Assembly: GCA_964552725.1 (NCBI GenBank)
Contig: CAZKHU010000001.1
Span: forward strand, 2,941-66,940
Length of the DNA: 64,000 nucleotides
Reading direction: 5' to 3'
Origin: an uncultured Syntrophus sp.
Lineage (GTDB): Bacteria; Desulfobacterota; Syntrophia; Syntrophales; UBA5619
Shown here: piece after piece, positions 20,999 to 30,698 of the stretch
How the letters are laid out: each line of letters begins with the position of its first letter
Numbering within the stretch: the first letter of the stretch is position 1
Notes under the pieces: model-generated
What the model was told of the DNA's origin: nothing
Seen by the model: the letters and a program-made list of their open reading frames with translations, nothing else
Databases searched by the model: none
Program-made: the position numbers and the translations under genes

Positions 20999-21553
20999 TT
21001 ATCCTTCGTTGATAATCCTGACCTCTTCGTAGGCCCGTTTCGCGGCGTTTTGATTCTTTGCCGCAATTCTGCCGAATCTCTCCTTGATCGGATTTTCCAG
21101 CGATTCCAGCTTCACCGCAGCCGACATCCTGACCACGGCGCCGAGCATGGTTGTATTGGTAATCGGAACGCCCAGTTCCTTCCACGCAATGCCCGTGGCA
21201 TCGCAGACGGCGATTCTGCCTGCAAATTTGATATTGGCTCTGAGCTCTTCCAGGTTTCTGGTAGTGTTGACAATCAACGTCCCCGTCCGCTTGAGCCCCT
21301 CGGCGACATCAACCATCGCGATCAGGCTTTCGTCAAGAACCACGACAACATCCGGGGTGTAGATTCCCGAACGGATCTTTATCTGCTTTTCGTCCACCCG
21401 GTTAAAGGCAGCAACCGGCGCCCCGCGTCGCTCCGGCCCGAAACTGGGGAACCCCTGGGCGAATCTTCCCTCGCCAATGGCCGACAGGGCCAGCAGTTCC
21501 ACCGACGTGACCGCTCCCTGACCGCCTCTCCCATGCCATCTGATTTCTAACAT
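20999..21553 (-). CDS. 2-oxoacid:ferredoxin oxidoreductase, gamma subunit
   Basis: EIRWHGRGGQGAVT...FPSFGPERRGAP signature of gamma subunits. GGGAGA SD upstream. Confidence 0.9.
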   Translation of the reverse strand: MLEIRWHGRGGQGAVTSVELLALSAIGEGRFAQGFPSFGPERRGAPVAAFNRVDEKQIKIRSGIYTPDVVVVLDESLIAMVDVAEGLKRTGTLIVNTTRNLEELRANIKFAGRIAVCDATGIAWKELGVPITNTTMLGAVVRMSAAVKLESLENPIKERFGRIAAKNQNAAKRAYEEVRIINEG

Positions 21554-21599
21554 TCGTCAAATCTCCCGTGTTAATTGACTTTCCAAATACCGAGTTGTG

Positions 21600-21628
21600 G
21601 CCATACAATACTTGGCAGAGACTGTCAA
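21600..21628 (-). promoter_or_regulatory. candidate sigma-70-type promoter for the OFOR operon
   Basis: Minus-sense TTGACA-17 nt-TATGGC, about 45 nt upstream of the gamma-subunit ATG and just after the recR stop. Based on a motif match only. Confidence 0.35.
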
Positions 21629-21636
21629 CTGCGTAT

Positions 21637-22236
21637 TTATGTATTTCTCCTGAATTCAAGACTTTTGGCAATCGTCATCCTGTCCGTATAGCGAAGATCT
21701 CCCCCCATGGGAATGCCGAAGGCTATCCGGCTCACCTTCACATCCCGCTCTCTCAGAAGCCGGGAAAGCAGCAAGGCGGTAGCCTCGCCGGATGTATCCG
21801 GATTGGTTGCAAGTATGACCTCTGCAATCGGCTGCCGGGAAACGCGTTCCAGCAGTTCAGCGATGCGAAGCTTGTCCGGCCCTATTCCGTCGAGCGGAGA
21901 AATCGCCCCGTGAAGGACGTGATAAACCCCATGATATTCCCCGCTCCCCTCCAGAGCAATGAGCGAATCCGGGTCCTCGACAACGCAGATCAGCGACTGA
22001 TCCCGCCGCTGATCTGCGCAGATATCGCAGAGTTCCCCCTCCGCCAGATTGAAGCAGACGGAACAAAACCGGATTTTGCGCTTGACATCGAGCAGCCTCT
22101 CGGCAAAAAAGCGCATCTCCTCCTCCGAAGACCTCAGCACATGATTGGCCAGCCGCGCCGCCGTCTTCTCGCCGATCCCGGGGAATTTGGCAAACTCCAT
22201 AATAAGATTCTTTATGGGAAGTGCGTAACCTGACAT
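21637..22236 (-). CDS. recR: recombination protein RecR
   Basis: HhH motif [13 protein letters not shown], Zn-finger CSVCFNL...CDIC, and a Toprim-like C-terminus. Confidence 0.95.
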   Translation of the reverse strand: MSGYALPIKNLIMEFAKFPGIGEKTAARLANHVLRSSEEEMRFFAERLLDVKRKIRFCSVCFNLAEGELCDICADQRRDQSLICVVEDPDSLIALEGSGEYHGVYHVLHGAISPLDGIGPDKLRIAELLERVSRQPIAEVILATNPDTSGEATALLLSRLLRERDVKVSRIAFGIPMGGDLRYTDRMTIAKSLEFRRNT

Positions 22237-22244
22237 GGGGCGCC

Positions 22245-22556
22245 CTATGCCAGGCCCGGAATCTGAAGACCGCCGGTTATCTTGCCCATTTCCGTTGCCG
22301 CCAGTTCCTGCGCCTTGCGAACCCCTTCGTTTACCGCCGCCACGATCAAATCCTGAAGCATTTCAACGTCATCAGGATTGACAACCTCTTTTTCAATCTT
22401 CAGCGAAAGAATCATGAACCTGCCGTTGACGGTGACTGAAACCATCCCGCCGCCTGCCGAAGCATCCACGGTCCTTTCAGCCAGTTCTTCCTGCAGTTTC
22501 ATGACGTTTTCCTGCATCTTCTTGGCCTGTTTCATTATATTTCCAAAATTCTGCAC
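22245..22556 (-). CDS. ybaB: YbaB/EbfC nucleoid-associated protein
   Basis: 103 aa with [18 protein letters not shown]...GGGMV. It sits at the canonical position between dnaX and recR. Confidence 0.9.
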   Translation of the reverse strand: MQNFGNIMKQAKKMQENVMKLQEELAERTVDASAGGGMVSVTVNGRFMILSLKIEKEVVNPDDVEMLQDLIVAAVNEGVRKAQELAATEMGKITGGLQIPGLA

Positions 22557-22647
22557 CTGTTTTACCTCCTTGCCTCTTTATAATAACTCCCTCGAAACCC
22601 CGGAACCTCTTAGCGACACGCATTTATTCTTTCGAGTGCCGCCCTGT

Positions 22648-24465
22648 TCAGCTCCCCGGCCGGTCATCTTCATCCAGCCCTTCATCGGTCAGCGGAATCT
22701 CGGGTATGACTGCGGGAAATGCCGCTTCGACCTGATCGCGCACCTTCACTTCCCGCACCTCCGCGCCTGGAAAGACATCGAGAATCTTCCGAACCAGCGG
22801 ATGGGAGAGCGCTTCCTGACGGATTCCCCGGCTCTGATTGTTCTTTTCCGCCAGAGCCTTTGCCTTGAGCCCGTTTCCCCCGCCTGCCGGCATAACAGCC
22901 TCTATCTCCACCTTCGTTTCCCTTTTCCAAAACTGCCGGCAGTAATCCGCCAGTTTATCCTTTTGCCGGTCAACATCGTTGAAGAAGAGATACCCTTTTT
23001 CAAACCCGATCCGGAGAAGCCCGTCTTCGCAGGATAAACACCTCCCCTGCTGGAGCTTCGCGGAAAGGGCGGGATCATGCTGCTTCAGGAATGCCCTGAA
23101 GCCCTCCCATCCCTTCCCCCCGCTCAGATCTTCTCCCGCCTCTCCATTGCCGGTCAGGCTTGCGCCTCTTCCAGCCTCCTCCGGTCCGGCTCCATAGGTA
23201 GGGCGCTCCTCCCTTGCAGCCGGCGGCGCCACGGATGCGGCGTATTTCTCCGTAATGGCTCCCCCATGCATATCTCCGCCCGGCGAAGAAACGGCTTTGC
23301 CCCTGACAGTCCCTCCGCCCAGGCGCATTTCCAGTCCTTCCATCCGCCCGATAATCTCTTCAAGGGGAATAAGCTGCTCCAGATATGCCATCCGGCAGAG
23401 AACCGCTTCCAGATTGAGACGGGGGTTCTGACTCCGGCGTACATTTTCCTCCTCTGCCATCAGCAATTCCAGAAGGCGCCGCAGCGTCCCGGCTTCTTGT
23501 CCATCCGTCTGCTGCCGCAATCGCGCCTTCTCCTCACCGGGGATGTCTATCAGCGAATCGCTGTCGCTTATAATCTTTACGAGCAGCAGGTTGCGGAAAT
23601 GATTAAGGAGCGTTTGATAAAAATAGCGCATATCGAGGCCGCAATAGTAGGCCTCGTCGACGATTTTCAGACAGCGGCCGGCATCCCTGGCCAGTACCGC
23701 CTCGGACAAAACCAGCAGAAAACGGCGATCGGAGCGACCGATAATTTCCTCCACCGCCTCATCTTTGATCTCGCTGCCCGCGTAGGATATAACCTGATCG
23801 AAGATGCTCTGGGAATCGCGCAAACTGCCGTCGCCCGCTTCGGCAATCCAGGCAAGGGCACTGTCGCTGACAGAAATATTTTCCAGGGACGCTATCCACC
23901 GGAGATTTTCCTTTATCTGCTTCTGGGAGATCCTCCGGAAATCGAAACACTGGCAGCGGGAGCGGATAGTGGCCGGCACCTTGTTGGTTTCCGTCGTCGC
24001 GAAGATAAAGATAACATGGGATGGCGGCTCCTCCAGGGTTTTAAGCAGCGCGTTGAACGCCTCCCTGGTCAGCATGTGCACTTCGTCAATTATGTAAATC
24101 TTGTAGCGGCCGGAAGCAGCGGAAAATTTTACGTTCTCGCGCAGTTCGCGAATCTCGTCTATCCCCCGGTTGGAGGCGCCGTCTATTTCCCGGACATCGA
24201 TGGCGTTTCCGTTCGTTATTTCACGGCAGTGGACACATTCATTGCAGGGCGTCGGAGTCGGCCCGGTTATGCAGTTAAGGGCCTTCGCCAGTATCCGGGC
24301 AACCGATGTCTTGCCCACCCCGCGCGGCCCGCTGAAGAGAAAGGCATGGGCAATGCGCTTTTGGGAAATCGCATTTTGCAGCGTCCTTACGACGTGCTCC
24401 TGACCCGTTACCTCTTCAAATCTCTGGGGACGGCACTTTCGTGCCAGAACGCGGTATTCCTGCAC
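22648..24465 (-). CDS. dnaX: DNA polymerase III subunit gamma/tau
   Basis: RPQRFEEVTGQEH, GPRGVGKT Walker A, CNECVHC zinc module and DEVHML box. Start moved from track position 24522 to GTG 24465 (AGGAG SD 5 nt upstream), because 24497-24600 encodes SRP RNA. Confidence 0.9.
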   Translation of the reverse strand: MQEYRVLARKCRPQRFEEVTGQEHVVRTLQNAISQKRIAHAFLFSGPRGVGKTSVARILAKALNCITGPTPTPCNECVHCREITNGNAIDVREIDGASNRGIDEIRELRENVKFSAASGRYKIYIIDEVHMLTREAFNALLKTLEEPPSHVIFIFATTETNKVPATIRSRCQCFDFRRISQKQIKENLRWIASLENISVSDSALAWIAEAGDGSLRDSQSIFDQVISYAGSEIKDEAVEEIIGRSDRRFLLVLSEAVLARDAGRCLKIVDEAYYCGLDMRYFYQTLLNHFRNLLLVKIISDSDSLIDIPGEEKARLRQQTDGQEAGTLRRLLELLMAEEENVRRSQNPRLNLEAVLCRMAYLEQLIPLEEIIGRMEGLEMRLGGGTVRGKAVSSPGGDMHGGAITEKYAASVAPPAAREERPTYGAGPEEAGRGASLTGNGEAGEDLSGGKGWEGFRAFLKQHDPALSAKLQQGRCLSCEDGLLRIGFEKGYLFFNDVDRQKDKLADYCRQFWKRETKVEIEAVMPAGGGNGLKAKALAEKNNQSRGIRQEALSHPLVRKILDVFPGAEVREVKVRDQVEAAFPAVIPEIPLTDEGLDEDDRPGS

Positions 24466-24496
24466 AAACGCTCCTGCGAAAAAATGGATGAAAATA

Positions 24497-24600
24497 GGGA
24501 TAGCCGGGTTTGTCCGCAGCACACGCCGGTAACTGCTGCCGCTGCTTCCTTCCGGACCTGACGGGGTTGGCAGGCCGCCGTCGCACGGGACCCGGCTATC
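24497..24600 (-). ncRNA. ffs: signal recognition particle RNA (small, 4.5S-type)
   Basis: Minus-sense GAUAGCCGGGU...CCCGUCAGGUCCGGAAGGAAGCAGCGGCAGCAG...GGCGUGUGCUGCGG...ACCCGGCUAUC. The conserved domain IV motif GUCAGGUCCGGAAGGAAGCAGC is present and an 11-bp terminal helix closes the molecule. It sits at the conserved position immediately upstream of dnaX. Confidence 0.85.
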
Positions 24601-24639
24601 TTTATGGCAAGAAGGGACCTGGAAGCCCCCTGATTACAA

Positions 24640-24733
24640 TGGCGGAGAGAGCGGGATTCGAACCCGCGGTACACCTTTGAGGGCGCACACACGATTTCCA
24701 GTCGTGCTCCTTCAGCCGCTCGGACATCTCTCC
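24640..24733 (-). tRNA. tRNA-Ser (anticodon GGA), CCA encoded
   Basis: The minus-sense sequence GGAGAGAUGUCCGAGCGGCUGAAGGAGCACGACUGGAAAUCGUG...GCGGGUUCGAAUCCCGCUCUCUCCGCCA folds as a cloverleaf. Acceptor stem is 7 bp, the anticodon loop is CU-GGA-AA, the variable arm is long, and the T-loop is GUUCGAAUC. Confidence 0.9.
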
Positions 24734-25175
24734 ACTTTTTTCCCCTGCAAATAACTTTGCCCTTATATTGGTTTAACAATCTTTCTGTCAAGAAATTTAT
24801 AGCTGCGGGAAACGGTAAAATTACCTTTAACCAAACATATGAAAATCATGCGCCAAATCTGTTTCGACCGGCAGGAGCTAACCTGATTATATCTTTTGGT
24901 TATCCGACAAAGCAAAGCGGGGCAAGGTAATCCGCTTGCAGCCGGAGCCCTCGGCGGAAAAAATAGTTTTGCTTTTTTGTCCTTTTGTGGCATATTCCCC
25001 CGCCGATAATCGTTGCCGGAGCAATAAAGCGCTTGAATAACAAACGTGTTTTTATTTCAAGGCACATCCAGCTTATATAGATGCGCGTACGTTATCTGTT
25101 TTGATCGCTTCTTGCCCCCCTGCTCCAGGCGCGGGGGGTGAGAAAACCTTTAAAAAACATGGCGGGAGAATTAAA

Positions 25176-26507
25176 ATGGGCTATATCGAAATTATTGCGA
25201 TAATCATTTTTCTGGCAACAATTACAGTAGTCATAACTGGCTGGTTCGACAGCGTGATTGCGGCCCTGTTAGGGGTCGTAGCCATGATCTGTTTCGGCGT
25301 CATGACGGACATCGATGCCTTCAAATTCGTAGACTGGAACGTGATCGCCATCCTGCTTTCCATCTGGACCATCTCCGGGTTTTTCGGAAGATCGGGCGTC
25401 CCCTCTTACCTGTCGGCCGTTGTTTTGAGGCTGTCCCGGGGCAATATTCCCCTGTTCGTGGTCAGCGTCGGCGCCCTGGCCGGCCTCGTTTCGATGCTGA
25501 TCGATAATGTCGTGGTCGTCCTGATGTTCGCCCCCGTCATCTTTCACGCCTGCAGGCGCTTCAAGCTTTCCGCCTTCGGGCCGGTTCTTTTCATGGGACT
25601 CTGCGCGAATTTCATGGGAACGGCGATGCTTCTGGGAGATCTGCCCCCGCAGATGCTCCACAGTGTTGCCAAGATTGAGTTTTCCGGTTTTATCTGGTTT
25701 ATGGGAAGACCCTCTTCCTTCTTCATACTTCTTTTTGCCTACATAATCACCTGCGCGTTCTTCTACTGGAAATTCAAGAAAGACTTTTCCTCGGCAAAGA
25801 TGGACATCTCTTCCATGGAAAACGAGAATCCCCTCGATTACATCAAGGACAAGCCCTTCGCGATAATCTCCTGCGGAATTTTTGTTCTGACCATCATAGC
25901 CATGGCCTTCCGGGAGAAGTTCGGCTTTCACCTGGGCTTCATAGCGATGTGGGGCGCCCTGACCAGCATCCTGTTTTTCACGATTTTCAAGGATCGCTTC
26001 ACAGTGGAAATCCCCGATATAGAGGAAATCCTGAAGGAACTCGACTGGCGCGCCATCTTCTTTTATGTTTCGCTGTTTGCGCTGGTCGGCGGCCTTGACC
26101 ACGCCGGCGTGATCAAGGTTATCGCGGCGGCAATTACCCCGATGATCAAAGAGAGTCTGGTAGTCGGCAGCACTGTCGTTTACTGGGTAACGGCGCCCAT
26201 CGTGGGACTTGTGGAACATGACGCCTACATCCTGACGATGCTTTATGTCATTCGCGACCTCGGCGCGCAGGGGATAGAGCCCTGGCCGCTGTACTGGATG
26301 CTTCTATGGGCAGGCACGCTGGGGAGCAACCTGACGATTGCAGGGGCCCCCGCCCTGTTCGTCGCAAAAAATCTCGCCGACAAAGAGGACCGGCGCCAGA
26401 GCACCTTGAAGGAGTTTTTGGGCATCTCCGCGCCTTATGCGCTGATTTCCCTCGTTTCCTGCTACATCCCGGCGATGCTCGTCTGGGTGCTGCCTTTTGC
26501 CAAATAG
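25176..26507 (+). CDS. polytopic anion permease (ArsB/NhaD-CitMHS-like superfamily)
   Basis: About 443 aa and hydrophobic throughout, with more than 10 predicted TM segments. Start moved to MGYIEII (25176) behind a GGCGGGAGAA SD. The family assignment rests on general resemblance only. Confidence 0.65.
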   Translation: MGYIEIIAIIIFLATITVVITGWFDSVIAALLGVVAMICFGVMTDIDAFKFVDWNVIAILLSIWTISGFFGRSGVPSYLSAVVLRLSRGNIPLFVVSVGALAGLVSMLIDNVVVVLMFAPVIFHACRRFKLSAFGPVLFMGLCANFMGTAMLLGDLPPQMLHSVAKIEFSGFIWFMGRPSSFFILLFAYIITCAFFYWKFKKDFSSAKMDISSMENENPLDYIKDKPFAIISCGIFVLTIIAMAFREKFGFHLGFIAMWGALTSILFFTIFKDRFTVEIPDIEEILKELDWRAIFFYVSLFALVGGLDHAGVIKVIAAAITPMIKESLVVGSTVVYWVTAPIVGLVEHDAYILTMLYVIRDLGAQGIEPWPLYWMLLWAGTLGSNLTIAGAPALFVAKNLADKEDRRQSTLKEFLGISAPYALISLVSCYIPAMLVWVLPFAK

Positions 26508-26603
26508 TCTTTCTGAAAAGTTTTATGGTTATTTTGATCTTGACAGGCGGGGGCAATTAATATAGAGATTGCGTCCCAAAAATATTTGAAGGAGGATGTT
26601 TTT

Positions 26604-26870
26604 TTGGCTACACATAAATCTGCAGAAAAGAGAGACAGGCAGGACGCAAAACGTCTTGAGCGCAACAGGGCGGTCAAGGCAAGCGTCAAGACCGCGATAA
26701 AGGCGGCAAGAGAGACTATCGGCGACAATAACAGCGAAACGGCTGCGGCTTCTTTGGCAAAAGTTATTCCCGTTATCGCAAAGGCAGCGGCAAAGGGAAC
26801 GATTCACAAAAACAACGCCGCGCGCAAGATTTCTCGCCTGACCAGACTCGCAAACGCCGTCAAGTCCTGA
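26604..26870 (+). CDS. rpsT: 30S ribosomal protein S20
   Basis: ATHKSAEKRDRQDAKRLERNRAVKASVKTAIK is typical of S20. Start moved to the TTG behind a GAAGGAGGA SD. Confidence 0.9.
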   Translation: MATHKSAEKRDRQDAKRLERNRAVKASVKTAIKAARETIGDNNSETAAASLAKVIPVIAKAAAKGTIHKNNAARKISRLTRLANAVKS

Positions 26871-26915
26871 TATTTATAAATTCCGGCTTTGCCTCGCAGG
26901 CATCGAACTTTGTCC

Positions 26916-27458
26916 TCAGAAATTTGACATCATCATCAGATACGTCCTCTCGGCTGAGTCTCCCGCCAGCTTGAGAAGGGCGTCTCTTCTGTTTTTTTCT
27001 GTCAGCGCCATATTGGCCACAAGATAATCGCTTGTTCCGGTTACCGTCCGGTTCTCCCAGATCACGCGGCCGCTGGCCCGCTCTTCAAAAATAATGGCCA
27101 TTCCGATCGTCATCCGTTCTTCCGCTGCGAGGGTCGATGACTTGTAGGAAAGCGGCGATATCTGGATGCTTTCGACGCTTCCCCGGCAGACAACATCCGC
27201 TCTGTCCCTGCTCCCGACCAGCCGGAAGCGGCCCTCCTGCACAAAGCGATTGATGAAGGCGCTTCGGACAATGGTCGCGGCATAAGCCTCACTCGTTTTA
27301 TTGTCAAATCCCTCTACAAAAAAAGTCCGCAGATGCGGGATGTTCGATTCCTCCCCACCCGGGAAACGATATCCGCAGCCGGCCAGAATCAACAAGAGAA
27401 ACAACAGGAAACTGCTTCTCAAAATCGAGGGGGAAATCCCCGCTGTCGCGAACCTCAT
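26916..27458 (-). CDS. lptE: LPS-assembly lipoprotein LptE
   Basis: Lipobox LILAGC followed by GYRF. The protein is about 180 aa and the gene lies immediately downstream of leuS, which is conserved proteobacterial synteny. Confidence 0.65.
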   Translation of the reverse strand: MRFATAGISPSILRSSFLLFLLLILAGCGYRFPGGEESNIPHLRTFFVEGFDNKTSEAYAATIVRSAFINRFVQEGRFRLVGSRDRADVVCRGSVESIQISPLSYKSSTLAAEERMTIGMAIIFEERASGRVIWENRTVTGTSDYLVANMALTEKNRRDALLKLAGDSAERTYLMMMSNF

Positions 27459-27470
27459 GATGTCTATTAC

Positions 27471-30059
27471 CTACCCGGCAACCACAATGTTTACAAGCTT
27501 CTTCGGCACATAAACCACCTTGACGATTTGCTTGCCACTGGTGAGACCGGCAATCCTCTCCTCGGCCAGCGAAAGCGACCGGATCGTCTCTTCATCCTCA
27601 TCGGCGGCAACCGTTATTCTGCTTCTCACTTTGCCGTTGATCTGGAGCACGATCGTGATTTTTTCCTCGGAGGCAACTGCATGATCAAAGTCAGGCCAGG
27701 CTGCATCTAAAAGCGGCCCTTTCCCCCCGATCATTTCCCACAGCTCTTCCGTGACATGGGGGACAATCGGGGCAAGAAGGACGATAACCGCCTCCACCGT
27801 CTCCCGGACAACGGCAAAGCCGGTTGCATCATCCCTGGAGGGACGCGGCAACTGGTACAGGGCGTTAACCAGCTCCATCACTGAGCTGATCGCCGTGTTG
27901 AAGTGGAACCGCTCTTCAATGTCGGCGGTTACCTTGCGGATCGTTTGATGGGTCTTGCGGCGCAGCGCCTTGAGTTCTCCCTCGAGCGGCAGTTCCCCGG
28001 AAAACGGCTTGACTGTTGTTATGTCATCGAGATAATCGGTGATTATTCGCCATATTCTGTTCAGAAAACGGAATCCTCCATCCACCCCCTGGTCGCTCCA
28101 CTCCAGGTCCTTCTCCGGGGGCGACGCAAAAAGGCAGAAAACCCTTACCGTATCGGCGCCGTAAGTGTTGATCAGGTAATCGGGATCGACAACGTTTTTC
28201 AGCGACTTCGACATCTTTTCCGTCTTGCCGATTACAACATCCTGATCGCAATGAGCGCATTTGCCTTCCCTGACCTCTTCGGGAAACAGATAGCCGTGAG
28301 TCGGGCAGCGCGTCGTCTCCTTGCAGACCATTCCCTGGGTCAGCATGTTGGTGAACGGCTCATCAACGCCTACCACACCGAAATCCCGAAGCATTTTCGT
28401 ATAGAATCGTGAATAGAGAAGATGCAGTATGGCGTGCTCTATCCCGCCTATGTACTGGTCAACCGGCATCCAGTAGTCCAGTTTTTTTCGATCCAGCCCC
28501 GGCTTGAGGTCATAATCCGCCGAGCAGAATCGCTCAAAGTACCATGATGACTCCACAAAAGTATCCATCGTGTCGGTCTCGCGTCTGGCCGGTTTGCCGC
28601 AGCGGGGGCAGATCGTTTCGACGAAGGCCTTGTGTCTGGCCAGCGGCGACCCCCCTTCTCCGCTCAGGGAAACAGCCTCGGGAAGCACCACCGGCAGCTC
28701 CGCTTCGGGAACCGGCACAAGCCCGCAATCATCACAGTTGATCATCGGTATCGGCGCGCCCCAATAACGCTGGCGGGAAATTCCCCAGTCCCGCAGACGA
28801 TACTGGATCGTCTTCCTGCCCCTGCCGAGGGCTTCCAGATGAGCAGCGATCTCATCGAGGGCAGCGCGGTTCCCGATCCCGTCAAAACGGCCGGAGTTTA
28901 CCAGTACGCCGTCTCCGTCGTAGGCCTCCGTCATTGTCTGGACATTAAGAGTTCGGTCCGGCGGCTGGATGACGACAATCAGCGGCAGATCGTATTTCCT
29001 GGCAAATTCGAAGTCGCGCTGATCGTGGGTGGGAACAGCCATGACACAGCCGGTGCCGTAATCGGCAAGAACGAAGTTTGCCGCATAGATCGGCATCTTT
29101 CGGCCCGTCACGGGGTTCAGGCAATAACTGTCCAGGAAAATGCCCTCTTTTTCGTAATAGTCAGAGGTACGCATCTTTTTATCCTGTTTCTTTATTTTTT
29201 CCACAAAATCATGTACTTCGGATTGGCAGGGCTTACCCTGAACCAGTTCCATGACAAGCGGATGCTCAGCCGCAACAAGCATGAACGTGGCGCCGTATAT
29301 CGTATCCTGGCGGGTTGTAAAGACCTTGATATCGCCGCCGCCTTCGGCCATCGGAAAAGAGGCCTCGCAGCCGTAACTCTTGCCGATCCAGTTTTTCTGC
29401 ATCGCCATAACCCGCTCCGGCCAGCCGGGAAGCTTATCGCAATAATCAAGCAGCTCTTCGATATAATTAGTGATCCGGAAGAACCACTGCTTCAGAAAAC
29501 GATCCTCCACCTCGGAACCGCAGCGCCAGCAGCACCCGGACTCAACCTGCTCGTTGGCAAGCACTGTCTGACATTGCGGACACCAGTTCACAGTTGAATC
29601 TTTCTGGTAGGCGAGTCCTTTCTCGTACATCCACAGGAAAAAAAGTTGCTCCCATTTATAATATTCCGGCTCGCAGGTCGCAAGCTCCCGGTCCCAATCG
29701 TAGCTGAAACCCATCCGTTTCAGCTCCCTCTTCATGTTGTCTATATTGTCGTGCGTCCAGACGGAAGGATGGATGCCCCGTTCAATTGCGGCATTTTCCG
29801 CGGGAAGGCCGAAGGCATCCCACCCCATCGGATGGAGAACGTTGTAGCCCCGCATCCGCTTGTACCGGGCGACAACGTCGCCAATCGTGTAGTTGCGCAC
29901 ATGACCTATATGAATCCGCCCTGATGGATAGGGAAACATTTCGAGCAGATAGTACTTTTTCCTGTCAGCATCCTCCGTCACCTTGAAAAGCCGTTCCTCT
30001 TCCCAGCGCTTTTGCCACTTCTCTTCTATTTCCTTGGGGTTGTATTTTCTGTCCATCAA
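27471..30059 (-). CDS. leuS: leucine--tRNA ligase
   Basis: HIGH motif (PSGRIHIGH), KMSKS motif, and CP1 editing domain, with full-length similarity to LeuS. Confidence 0.97.
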   Translation of the reverse strand: MMDRKYNPKEIEEKWQKRWEEERLFKVTEDADRKKYYLLEMFPYPSGRIHIGHVRNYTIGDVVARYKRMRGYNVLHPMGWDAFGLPAENAAIERGIHPSVWTHDNIDNMKRELKRMGFSYDWDRELATCEPEYYKWEQLFFLWMYEKGLAYQKDSTVNWCPQCQTVLANEQVESGCCWRCGSEVEDRFLKQWFFRITNYIEELLDYCDKLPGWPERVMAMQKNWIGKSYGCEASFPMAEGGGDIKVFTTRQDTIYGATFMLVAAEHPLVMELVQGKPCQSEVHDFVEKIKKQDKKMRTSDYYEKEGIFLDSYCLNPVTGRKMPIYAANFVLADYGTGCVMAVPTHDQRDFEFARKYDLPLIVVIQPPDRTLNVQTMTEAYDGDGVLVNSGRFDGIGNRAALDEIAAHLEALGRGRKTIQYRLRDWGISRQRYWGAPIPMINCDDCGLVPVPEAELPVVLPEAVSLSGEGGSPLARHKAFVETICPRCGKPARRETDTMDTFVESSWYFERFCSADYDLKPGLDRKKLDYWMPVDQYIGGIEHAILHLLYSRFYTKMLRDFGVVGVDEPFTNMLTQGMVCKETTRCPTHGYLFPEEVREGKCAHCDQDVVIGKTEKMSKSLKNVVDPDYLINTYGADTVRVFCLFASPPEKDLEWSDQGVDGGFRFLNRIWRIITDYLDDITTVKPFSGELPLEGELKALRRKTHQTIRKVTADIEERFHFNTAISSVMELVNALYQLPRPSRDDATGFAVVRETVEAVIVLLAPIVPHVTEELWEMIGGKGPLLDAAWPDFDHAVASEEKITIVLQINGKVRSRITVAADEDEETIRSLSLAEERIAGLTSGKQIVKVVYVPKKLVNIVVAG

Positions 30060-30065
30060 GTCACT

Positions 30066-30121
30066 CCAATAAAAACGGCCTGCGGCCCAGCGGCCGCACC
30101 GTGTAGAAAATTGAGGCCGTT
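30066..30121 (-). terminator. terminator/attenuator-like structure between nusB and leuS
   Basis: Minus-sense AACGGCCU...GCGGCC-GCUG-GGCCGC-AGGCCGUU followed directly by UUUUAUU. An 8-bp outer helix encloses a 6-bp inner hairpin. The U-run abuts the leuS SD. Confidence 0.4.
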
Positions 30122-30205
30122 ATGCAAGGCTCTTTCACCCGCCCCTGAAACGGCTTCAATTATTCGCAAAGCGAGTCCCTCCGCGCGAAATGTCAACTTC
30201 CGCAT

Positions 30206-30649
30206 TCATTCCCCGCCTTCTTCATTTCTGCCGGGCAATTTCTCGTAGAGGGCATCCAGAATGCCATTAATGAATGCCCCCGAATTTTCCGAACCGTACA
30301 TTTTTCCGAGATCAATGGCCTCGTTCAAAGCTACCTTTGGCGGGACATCGGGGCAGAACAGCAATTCATAGACGGCCATTCGCAGGATGCTCTTATCGAC
30401 ACGCGACATCCTGCCGATTGTCCAATTCTCGGAATTGCCGCTGATCAGCTCATCTATTTTAAGCCGGTTTTTCCATGTGCCTTCGACAAGCTCGTTGGAA
30501 AATCTCCTTATTTCTTCCGACACATCCCCGGAGGCGTTGTCGAAACTGGCCCAAAAAAGGGCGACAGCATCACCCAGTTCGCCCTCCTGGGCATCCAACC
30601 CGTAAAGGAGTTGCAGCGCTATTTCCCTTGATTTTCGCCTTTTGTGCAT
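30206..30649 (-). CDS. nusB: transcription antitermination factor NusB
   Basis: RRKSREIALQLLY...AVYELLF...NEAIDL signature, in the canonical ribH-nusB order. Confidence 0.9.
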   Translation of the reverse strand: MHKRRKSREIALQLLYGLDAQEGELGDAVALFWASFDNASGDVSEEIRRFSNELVEGTWKNRLKIDELISGNSENWTIGRMSRVDKSILRMAVYELLFCPDVPPKVALNEAIDLGKMYGSENSGAFINGILDALYEKLPGRNEEGGE

Positions 30650-30698
30650 TAGTCTCCCTAACTTCGCTGGTCTTTTCCGGCAAATGCGTCAAAATCGC

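Noticed and set aside
22993-23001. Possible dnaX programmed -1 frameshift site (minus-sense GAAAAAGGG)
   Set aside because: It is not an X XXY YYZ heptamer in the dnaX reading frame. It lies near the 3' end of the gene and has no obvious downstream stem-loop.
23077-24561. 494-aa plus-strand ORF
   Set aside because: It is antisense to dnaX and to SRP RNA, with no recognisable domains.
24408-24791. 127-aa minus-strand ORF
   Set aside because: It runs straight through the SRP RNA and tRNA-Ser genes. The conservation here is at the RNA level.
24763-24993. 76-aa ORF in the tRNA-Ser/permease spacer
   Set aside because: It has no SD and no recognisable fold or signal. The composition is Cys/Arg/Pro-rich and typical of a random ORF. 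I also scanned the 440-bp spacer for known ncRNA motifs and recognised none.
26540-26566. TTGACA...TATAGA upstream of rpsT as a promoter
   Set aside because: The spacer is only 15 nt, which is outside the usual 16-18 nt window, so I did not list it as a feature.
30060-30205. T-box leader upstream of leuS
   Set aside because: The spacer is only 146 nt. It lacks the conserved T-box sequence (AAnnnGGGUGGUACCGCG-like) and the specifier-loop architecture.
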